NCBI GenBank assembly: GCA_017608955.1
Contig: JAFCEW010000001.1
Coordinates: 1 to 27,818, forward strand
DNA from: Candidatus Aenigmatarchaeota archaeon
GTDB lineage: Archaea > Aenigmatarchaeota > Aenigmatarchaeia > CG10238-14
Direction: 5' to 3'
DNA: 27,818 nt
Shown here: positions 1-6,383 of the stretch, one piece after another
How the letters are laid out: the number at the start of each line of letters is the position of its first letter
How positions within the stretch are numbered: the first letter of the stretch is position 1
The notes under the pieces: model-generated
The model's input: only the letters and a program-made list of their open reading frames with translations
Database searches by the model: none
What the model was told of the DNA's origin: nothing
Position numbers and translations under genes: made by a program

Positions 1-83
1 CTTGGTAAATTTAGAAATCTTTCTGAAATTGAATATTTTTTTCTAAACATATAATAACATTTCGAAATTCTAGTTTAAATTAC

Positions 84-497
84 TTAGACAAGTTTTTCCT
101 TTTCAAAATATTCTCTTAGGAAAATTCCAAAACTTTTATTTCTATTCATAAATTTTTTAATTTCTTTTAAATCTAGTATTTCAAATTTCTTTGATATTTC
201 TTTTGCTATATAGTTTGGGATTCCTTTGGCTTCAAGTGATTTTCTATTATCCTTTAATGTATCTCTCAATTTTTCTTCAGCATTTCTCCATGGACGTCTT
301 ATTTCAACACACCAATTATTTCCTTCTATATACGGACCATTAATAGCTAATTTTCTATATTTATGAATAAAATTAGCACAGTTTTTTACATCAAAAACAC
401 AAGGACCAATTTTCTTATTTATTTTTGGTAATTTACTAACTTCAAATTCAAGCAATATACCAGCATTTTCTTTGTCAGTCCAGTATAGAAAATTCAT
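84..497 (-). CDS. cca: CCA-adding enzyme, C-terminal part (rest of body/tail), separated from the N-terminal part by a +1 frameshift
   Basis: WTD..AGILLEFEV..LP.....GP...F..KY.....GPYIEGN.W matches the C-terminal half of archaeal CCA enzymes. Overlaps the upstream ORF by 23 nt in a different frame. Confidence 0.85.
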   Translation of the reverse strand: MNFLYWTDKENAGILLEFEVSKLPKINKKIGPCVFDVKNCANFIHKYRKLAINGPYIEGNNWCVEIRRPWRNAEEKLRDTLKDNRKSLEAKGIPNYIAKEISKKFEILDLKEIKKFMNRNKSFGIFLREYFEKEKLV

Positions 498-1479
498 ATT
501 CTTTCATTATGTTTTCCAATCTTTTGGCCATTTTTTCTAATTGGGGATATAAAATATCATCAACAACATCTGGTTTTTTGAATTTTATAAAAAGGATTTC
601 AGTCCCTCTTTCTTCAATAATTGTATTTAATTCTTCTATCAATAATGGTTTTAATTCCTTTTTGAAAAATAAACTTCTTTTTTCTATTTGTAGAAATTCT
701 CTTGCAATCTTCTTAAAATTATAGAAATTTTTCGCTGAAATTGCTGCAGCAGCATTTCTTCTTTTATCAACAGGATCAATTACTATAAGTATATCATTTT
801 TAAATTTCTTTCTTAACAAATCATATTGCTCTTTTTTCCAATAATTTTCTATATCAATTATTTCTCCTGGTCTCCAATTTAGAATATTTTTTAAAATATT
901 TTCAAAATTCCCATATTTCATTGCTAAAATTTCGCATATATAACCAGAGAAACCTTGAGTTTTTGCATCAGCACCATATATATTATTAGCTTGAAGGAAT
1001 TGCTTTAGAAGTCTCACATCATCTGAATATTTTTTTGGAAAATTTTCATTGAGATATTTTACATGAAATGGAGTTCTATCAACAGCAGATTTTATTTTTT
1101 CACCGGATTCTACTTTATAACAAGGAACTATATCTACATCGACACTCCTGACAGTACCTCTCACATAAGGATGCTGAGCATATTGTAATTTCCATTTGCC
1201 ATTTAATTTTTCAATAACTTTTTTTCCTATACTTAATCCTATCTTTTCTAATTTATTTTCTGGTAGGTTTTCTGGAAAAATAATAAAAACATCGAATTCA
1301 TTTTTTGTTGGTAACCATGTATCTCTTGTTAAAGAACCAGCTATTATGCCATGAGCATTATATTTTTTTGCTTCTTGATTTGTTATTTCTAGAAATGTCT
1401 CACTTAATTTTTTAATTTTTCTTTCTTGTTCTTCGGATGGTTTTATTTCTTTTAATATATTTTCAAGGATTTTCTTCAT
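475..1479 (-). CDS. cca: CCA-adding enzyme (class I tRNA nucleotidyltransferase), N-terminal part (catalytic head/neck and start of body)
   Basis: Nucleotidyltransferase signature AGSLTRDTWL..EFDVF, YAQHPYV, VDVDIVPCY, SAVDRTPFH, GFSGYICE, IDPVD..RNAAAA, YPQL. Ends prematurely at TGA 475-477; the coding sequence continues in the +1 frame. Confidence 0.93.
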   Translation of the reverse strand: MKKILENILKEIKPSEEQERKIKKLSETFLEITNQEAKKYNAHGIIAGSLTRDTWLPTKNEFDVFIIFPENLPENKLEKIGLSIGKKVIEKLNGKWKLQYAQHPYVRGTVRSVDVDIVPCYKVESGEKIKSAVDRTPFHVKYLNENFPKKYSDDVRLLKQFLQANNIYGADAKTQGFSGYICEILAMKYGNFENILKNILNWRPGEIIDIENYWKKEQYDLLRKKFKNDILIVIDPVDKRRNAAAAISAKNFYNFKKIAREFLQIEKRSLFFKKELKPLLIEELNTIIEERGTEILFIKFKKPDVVDDILYPQLEKMAKRLENIMKEYEFSILD

Positions 1480-1501
1480 ATCATATATTTTTATTTAAAA
1501 A

Positions 1502-3070
1502 CTATAAAACTTTTGAAACATATGGACCATCAGGTTTATATCCAAATTTGTAATAATATTTTCTTACTCCAACACCACTTATAATAACCATTTTTTTCAT
1601 TCCATTCTTTTTTGCAATTTTTTCAGCTTCTTTTAGTAATTTTTCGCCATATCCTTTATGTTGCCATGCCATTTCTTTAATATCACCAATAGGAACAGCA
1701 GGACCATAAATATGCAACTCTCTTATAAGACCAGTCTTTTCATCAATTTCTTTTCTGAATGGTTTGAATGGTATACGTAAACGTATGAATCCAATCAAAA
1801 TATCGTTCTTAGTATCTTCAAAACTTAGAAATATTTCTTTGCCACCAGAAGCTTCATAATCTGTTCTTAATAATTTCACATTTTCTGGTTTGATTCCTTT
1901 TTTCATTTTATGTCCAACTTCTCTATAACGAATTTCTTTTATTTTAATTTCTCTTTTTTCACATTCCTTTTCCACTAATTCTCTTAGATTACTTTTTTTA
2001 ATTCCAGCTTCAACTTTAGTAGTTGGTATATCTCTCTGAACTCTAATAACACGGCAATATTTTGGTATATATTTCATGGCTTCTGCTAATAAATCAATTC
2101 CATCTTTTGTTTCTAATGGTTTGTATTTTTTATTCTTCCACATATCATATAATTCAGTTCCTTTTACAACAAGAGTTGGATATATTTTTAATGAATCTGG
2201 TCGAAAATCAGGATTTTCAAATATTATTTTGAATTGTTCTATGTCTTGTTCTATTGATACTCTGGGAAGTCCAGGCATTATATGATAAGTACATTTTAAG
2301 CAAGAATCTTTAACTAATTGGGTTGCTTTTATCGAATCAAATACATTATGACCTCGTTTAATTTTTTTTAAAACATCAGGATATATTGATTGAACGCCAA
2401 TTTCAACTCTTGTAATACCCAACTTAAGCATTTGATTTATATGTTTTTCAAAACAATAATCTGCTCTTGTTTCTAATGTCATCCCAATACATCTATGTTT
2501 AGAATTTTCATTTAATTTCTTAGCTTGTGTTAATGTCTTTGAGTTTTTTTCATTCAATGCATCAAATATTCTTTTTACAAACCAGTTTTGGTATTTTTTA
2601 TCTAAAGCAAGAAAAGTTCCACCCAATATTATTATTTCTATTTTATCAGTAGGGTGTCCGGTCAATTTATATTGGTTTAATCTATCTTTTGTTTGTAAAT
2701 AAGGATCATAATTATTTCTTATTCCTCTTTGGACAGCAGGCTCTAGGCCTGTATAACTCTGAGGAGCATTTTTGCCTTTTGGACAATAAATACAATTTCC
2801 AGGGCATTCTCTTGGCTCAGCCACGACAGTTATAACAGAAACACCAGACATAGATCTGCTAGGTTTGGTTATTAAAAATCTCTTTAGAATTTTTTCTTCT
2901 TTTTCATCACATTCTTGTAAAATTTGTATTTTTGTCGGAATTTTTCTTATCTTTTCTTTTTTCGATACATATTTTAATATTTTTTCGAATTTTTTTTCTG
3001 TTAAATTGTCGGTTTTTAAGGCTTGTTCTATTATTTTTCTACAAATTTTTTTGTTTTCCATATCAATCAT
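1502..3070 (-). CDS. elp3: Elp3 tRNA U34 carboxymethyltransferase (radical SAM + GNAT/KAT domain)
   Basis: SRSMSGVSVITV, CxxxCxxC (CPGNCIYC), PQSYTG.EPA, GGTF, ETRADY, ELGVQS-like EIGVQS, LKIYPT, RVQRDIP, YEASGGKEIFLS, RELHIYG, WQHKGYG, ISGVGVRKYY. Confidence 0.96.
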   Translation of the reverse strand: MIDMENKKICRKIIEQALKTDNLTEKKFEKILKYVSKKEKIRKIPTKIQILQECDEKEEKILKRFLITKPSRSMSGVSVITVVAEPRECPGNCIYCPKGKNAPQSYTGLEPAVQRGIRNNYDPYLQTKDRLNQYKLTGHPTDKIEIIILGGTFLALDKKYQNWFVKRIFDALNEKNSKTLTQAKKLNENSKHRCIGMTLETRADYCFEKHINQMLKLGITRVEIGVQSIYPDVLKKIKRGHNVFDSIKATQLVKDSCLKCTYHIMPGLPRVSIEQDIEQFKIIFENPDFRPDSLKIYPTLVVKGTELYDMWKNKKYKPLETKDGIDLLAEAMKYIPKYCRVIRVQRDIPTTKVEAGIKKSNLRELVEKECEKREIKIKEIRYREVGHKMKKGIKPENVKLLRTDYEASGGKEIFLSFEDTKNDILIGFIRLRIPFKPFRKEIDEKTGLIRELHIYGPAVPIGDIKEMAWQHKGYGEKLLKEAEKIAKKNGMKKMVIISGVGVRKYYYKFGYKPDGPYVSKVL

Positions 3071-3074
3071 AATT

Positions 3075-3097
3075 TATTTACTACTGTATAGTAAATA
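3075..3097. promoter_or_regulatory. Inverted repeat TATTTACTA-N5-TAGTAAATA, putative operator between the TATA element and the elp3 start
   Basis: Perfect 9-bp arms with a 5-nt spacer, immediately next to TTTATATA (3098-3105), which could act as a bidirectional TATA box for elp3 and the 3137 ORF. Confidence 0.35.
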
Positions 3098-3136
3098 TTT
3101 ATATACTAGTGCTACTATTAGGTAAATAGTGCTTTT

Positions 3137-3310
3137 ATGGATATACAAGATATACATAAATTAAGGTTTTACCAAGAAGAATTATTTGAAACTAAGAATA
3201 AATTATTTACTTGTAAGAACATAAAACAAGTTAAATTTTTACAAAATAGAATAGAGTTTTTACAAAGTAAAATTGAAGAAATCCAAAATAATGGTAGGAA
3301 ACAATTATAA
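3137..3310 (+). CDS. 57-aa hypothetical helical/coiled-coil protein MDIQDIHKLRFYQEELFETKNKLFTCKNIKQVKFLQNRIEFLQSKIEEIQNNGRKQL (not in ORF track)
   Basis: Open ATG 3137 to TAA 3310 that fills the elp3-lrp gap exactly. TATA at 3098-3105 upstream, 6-nt convergent overlap (TTATAA) with the lrp stop, amphipathic pattern. Confidence 0.6.
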   Translation: MDIQDIHKLRFYQEELFETKNKLFTCKNIKQVKFLQNRIEFLQSKIEEIQNNGRKQL

Positions 3311-3775
3311 GCTAATATCACTACTATCTTTTGCTGTAACCCATGCATTCATTGTTAATGATCTCGAAATTCCTTTTATTTTGACTATATAATCTGTTAA
3401 TATATTTCCTATTTCTTTGATATCTTTACCTCTAATTTTTATAAGTAAATCCCATTGCCCTGTAATTATATGGACTTCCATAACACCAGGTATTAAAGCT
3501 AGTTGTTTAGCTATTTCTTTTAATGATACTGACATTTTATTTTCAACATCATATCTAACTCTTAGAAAAATAAAAGCAACTATTGGCTTATTGACTTTTT
3601 CTGGGTCAATTACAGCCTTATATTTTTTTATTACGCCTTCTTTTTCTAATTTTTTCTTCCTGTCATATATAGTTGTTATAGCCATATTCAATTTTCTTGA
3701 TAACTTCCTAAGACTTTGTGTTGAATCCTTTTGCAATTCTCTTAATAATGACAAATCTTTTTTCGTTAAATTCAT
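3305..3775 (-). CDS. Lrp/AsnC family transcriptional regulator
   Basis: N-terminal HTH (LLRELQKDSTQSLRKLSRKLNMAITTIYDRKKKLEKEGVIKKY) and RAM domain (VMEVHIITGQWDLLIKI). Confidence 0.95.
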   Translation of the reverse strand: MNLTKKDLSLLRELQKDSTQSLRKLSRKLNMAITTIYDRKKKLEKEGVIKKYKAVIDPEKVNKPIVAFIFLRVRYDVENKMSVSLKEIAKQLALIPGVMEVHIITGQWDLLIKIRGKDIKEIGNILTDYIVKIKGISRSLTMNAWVTAKDSSDISL

Positions 3776-3783
3776 ATAATTAC

Positions 3784-3796
3784 CGAAAATTTTTCA
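3784..3796. promoter_or_regulatory. Putative Lrp-type operator CGAAAATTTTTCA
   Basis: Matches TGAAAWWWTTTCA (recalled Pyrococcus FL11 Lrp consensus) at 12 of 13 positions. Lies between the lrp TATA-like element (3810-3816) and the lrp start codon. Confidence 0.4.
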
Positions 3797-3898
3797 ATAA
3801 TTAATTACAATATAAACATAAAATTATAAGTTTTTCGGTTTTGTATCAATCATCTTTATATCTTAATTGTTTCTATAATACGCCAGTTGGTGTTAAAA

Positions 3899-4051
3899 GT
3901 GTGTGAGCAAATTAAAATCCCAGGAATAAAAACTAAAATTCTAGTTGATATAGCAAGTCTGGGAAAGGTTAGATGTGTCAGTTGCGGTTGCTTAGTAAAT
4001 GAAATAATAGAAAAAAATGGTTTTATTGGCTGTAAAAATTGTCTTTATTAA
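3899..4051 (+). CDS. 50-aa zinc-ribbon microprotein MCEQIKIPGIKTKILVDIASLGKVRCVSCGCLVNEIIEKNGFIGCKNCLY (not in ORF track)
   Basis: GTG start 6 nt after GGTG (3889-3892), two CxxC pairs (CVSC, CKNC), TATA-like TTTATAT near 3855, stop TAA 4049-4051. Confidence 0.65.
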   Translation: MCEQIKIPGIKTKILVDIASLGKVRCVSCGCLVNEIIEKNGFIGCKNCLY

Positions 4052-4077
4052 AAATGTTTTGAGAGGTGAAAACACAC

Positions 4078-4215
4078 ATGGATGGTACATGGCATTTACG
4101 TCATAAAGAGATTAAATACGGTGTTTGTTCATTTTGTGGAAAATTATTTGATGAAAGAGAACTCATAAGAAACGGAAATACATTTTCATGCCATAAATGT
4201 GCTGGAATAGAGTAG
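4078..4215 (+). CDS. 45-aa zinc-ribbon microprotein MDGTWHLRHKEIKYGVCSFCGKLFDERELIRNGNTFSCHKCAGIE (not in ORF track)
   Basis: Strong archaeal Shine-Dalgarno GAGGTGA (4063-4069) 8 nt before ATG, CSFC and CHKC pairs; 30-nt convergent overlap with the ttuA 3' end. Confidence 0.75.
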   Translation: MDGTWHLRHKEIKYGVCSFCGKLFDERELIRNGNTFSCHKCAGIE

Positions 4216-5109
4216 CTCACACACTCTACATTTCTTTTGACTAGATGGTTCTCCGCATATTTCACATGTTCTAATTTTTTCTTGCTTAAATTTATCTTTT
4301 ATAAATGGCTTTATTTTATATGCTGATTGAAGAAGACTATTTTTTATGCCAGGTGATGTTTTTTCTAAATTATTTAAAAATTTTATAGTATTTCCTCTTA
4401 ATGGATCATCATAACTATATGGACATTTTTTTTGCGTGGATGAAATTTTATTTAGTTTAGCATATAATTTAGATTCTTCCTCTGGTATTTCTATAAGTGG
4501 TTTTATTCTTGGAACAAATTTTTTATGTCTTGATAATATTGGCATTGGACCTACTCTTGCAAGTCTTAATAGATCACCACGAATCATATTCATTATAATA
4601 GTTTGTGTTTCATCATCTAGATTGTGTCCTGTTGCTAATTTAGTTGCTTTTAATTCTCTGGCTTTTTTATTTAGAATATATCGTCTTAATATTCCGCAAC
4701 TTCCACAAAAACCAGTCTTCATCTTTCTTTTTAAATCATCAACAGTTATTCCAAATTCATCTTTGAAAGAAAAAATATAATGATCAATATTTAGTTGTTT
4801 ACATAATTTTTTAGTTTTTTTTAACATTTCATTTGATCTTAATTTTATTCCTTGATCTATTGTTATTGCAAATAATTCTATATTTGGATTATTCTTAAAA
4901 ATCTTGTTTAATATAATGAGAAGGGTTGAAGAATCTTTTCCTCCTGAGAATGCAATAGCAATTCTATCACCATTTTTTATTAGTTTATTTTGTGATATTG
5001 TTCTTTTCACTTTTTTTTCTATATTTTTTATAAAATGATTTTTACAATAGTAGTTTCCTTCATTCCGTCTATAATATACTGACTTATTTTTACAGAAAGA
5101 ACATCTCAT
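4186..5109 (-). CDS. ncs6: tRNA 2-thiolation protein, Ncs6/TtuA (TIGR00269-like)
   Basis: N-terminal zinc finger CSFC..CKNH, PP-loop SGGKDS, CGSC, GHNLDD, CPYS, C-terminal CEIC..CRVC. Start re-assigned to ATG 5109, which forms an ATGA overlap with the upstream methyltransferase stop. Confidence 0.93.
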   Translation of the reverse strand: MRCSFCKNKSVYYRRNEGNYYCKNHFIKNIEKKVKRTISQNKLIKNGDRIAIAFSGGKDSSTLLIILNKIFKNNPNIELFAITIDQGIKLRSNEMLKKTKKLCKQLNIDHYIFSFKDEFGITVDDLKRKMKTGFCGSCGILRRYILNKKARELKATKLATGHNLDDETQTIIMNMIRGDLLRLARVGPMPILSRHKKFVPRIKPLIEIPEEESKLYAKLNKISSTQKKCPYSYDDPLRGNTIKFLNNLEKTSPGIKNSLLQSAYKIKPFIKDKFKQEKIRTCEICGEPSSQKKCRVCELLYSSTFMA

Positions 5110-5732
5110 ATAATACACCAAATATTTCCAACTTTGTCTGTGCCATTTTTTCTTTTACTATCATATGATATTTTTTTTGGTTTTATTTTAGCTGATTTTA
5201 GATCAGATTTTAATTCTTCCATAGTATATAGATGGTAAAATCTTTTAAGTTTCTTCCCATAATAATTCCAATTTACATATTTATCTTCACTATCACCTTT
5301 CCACACAGAGAATAAAATATCTTTTTTACAGATTCTTTTTAATTCTTTCAAGGATTTTAGTCTCATTTCCTTTGTTGGTAAATTTGAAAATGTTCTAATA
5401 TAAATTGAATAATTAAAAGAGTTTTTCTTAAATGGTAATTCATATACATTTGCTAAAACAAAATCCATTTTAAATTTTTTCTTTTCCAAAAATTTTTTTG
5501 CTTGTTTTATCATTGAACTTGAAAAATCAACACCAACACACCTACAATTATTCTCTAAAAATGGGATAGATTGTCTGCAGTTTCCACAACCAAGATCTAA
5601 TATTAAACCTTTCTTATTTTCAGCAAATTCAACAACTTCCTTTTCTGGTTTGTTTCTTAGGTTTGTCCAAGAATCAGCTATAGTATCATAAACTTTTCTC
5701 AAGTTTTTTATTTCTTTTTTTGGATTTATCAT
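5106..5732 (-). CDS. Class I SAM-dependent methyltransferase, Trm9/ALKBH8-like
   Basis: VYDTIA..W...R.KP, motif I DLGCGN, GVDFS, D.YVNW and RFYHLY..EEL resemble the Trm9 family; Trm9 assignment is less certain than the fold. Confidence 0.75.
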   Translation of the reverse strand: MINPKKEIKNLRKVYDTIADSWTNLRNKPEKEVVEFAENKKGLILDLGCGNCRQSIPFLENNCRCVGVDFSSSMIKQAKKFLEKKKFKMDFVLANVYELPFKKNSFNYSIYIRTFSNLPTKEMRLKSLKELKRICKKDILFSVWKGDSEDKYVNWNYYGKKLKRFYHLYTMEELKSDLKSAKIKPKKISYDSKRKNGTDKVGNIWCII

Positions 5733-5868
5733 TTTCTTTCACATCAATATCTTTTGTTAACACAAAAGTTCCAATATAACCACAATTTCTGCATTTATAA
5801 CTTCCAATTTGCGGAATATATAGAATTATATCTGGTGATTCACATTCAGGACATATTTTTATTTTCAT
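5686..5868 (-). CDS. 60-aa CPxC zinc-ribbon protein
   Basis: CPEC..YKCRNCGYIG; ATG lies 2 nt after the tRNA-Gln 3' end. Confidence 0.75.
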   Translation of the reverse strand: MKIKICPECESPDIILYIPQIGSYKCRNCGYIGTFVLTKDIDVKENDKSKKRNKKLEKSL

Positions 5869-5870
5869 AA

Positions 5871-5943
5871 TAGCCCGGGAAGGATTCGAACCTTCGTCGG
5901 CGGGTCCAAAGCCCGCTATGCTTAACCACTACACCACCGGGCT
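5871..5943 (-). tRNA. tRNA-Gln (UUG), no intron, CCA not encoded
   Basis: Reverse complement folds as a cloverleaf: AGCCCGG/CCGGGCT acceptor (A1-U72), GCGGG-CTTTGGA-CCCGC anticodon arm, GAAGG-TTCGAAT-CCTTC T arm, A73. Confidence 0.98.
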
Positions 5944-5948
5944 AAATT

Positions 5949-6290
5949 TTAAGCATTATCTGGATATTTTCTTTTTGCTTTAATCCTTTCTTTCTTTTCT
6001 ATTATTTGTCTTTCCAAATCATTTTTTATTTGATCTATTATATCTAATATTTCATATCCCTGTTTTTCACTTCTGAATAAACCATATTGAGTGTCAATAT
6101 TGACTATTACTTCAAACAAATGTTCTTCTCCACTCTTTGGCTTTGTTTGTATTACAACTTTAAAATTTTTTAAAGTATTAATATTAAAAATCCTGTTGTA
6201 TTTTTCTTTGACATCACCTAATGCCTCTTCAATTTTATTTATTGTAAATTCATCAAAACACTCTTTTCCTATAATATTTATTTTATCCAT
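5949..6290 (-). CDS. Stand-alone HPF/RaiA-like (ribosome hibernation factor fold) protein
   Basis: 113 aa. Strand/helix pattern ending in FEVIVNI....F..E..GYEI..IID.I..DLERQI.E.K resembles HPF/RaiA; recognised by eye only. Confidence 0.6.
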   Translation of the reverse strand: MDKINIIGKECFDEFTINKIEEALGDVKEKYNRIFNINTLKNFKVVIQTKPKSGEEHLFEVIVNIDTQYGLFRSEKQGYEILDIIDQIKNDLERQIIEKKERIKAKRKYPDNA

Positions 6291-6383
6291 ATAATCACCT
6301 TAATATTATGACTCATGATAAAATTTAAGTATTTTCAAGAACTTTATTAAATTTAACATACAAACATTTTATAGGTTTTGAGA

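Noticed and set aside
1-50. Possible partial CDS starting at ATG 50 on the minus strand (MFRKKYSISERFLNLP...)
   Set aside because: Only 16 codons before the window edge; no recognisable motif
2770-2815. Elp3 cluster motif CX3CX2C instead of CX4CX2C
   Set aside because: This is the standard radical SAM spacing and, as I recall, occurs in other prokaryotic Elp3 proteins
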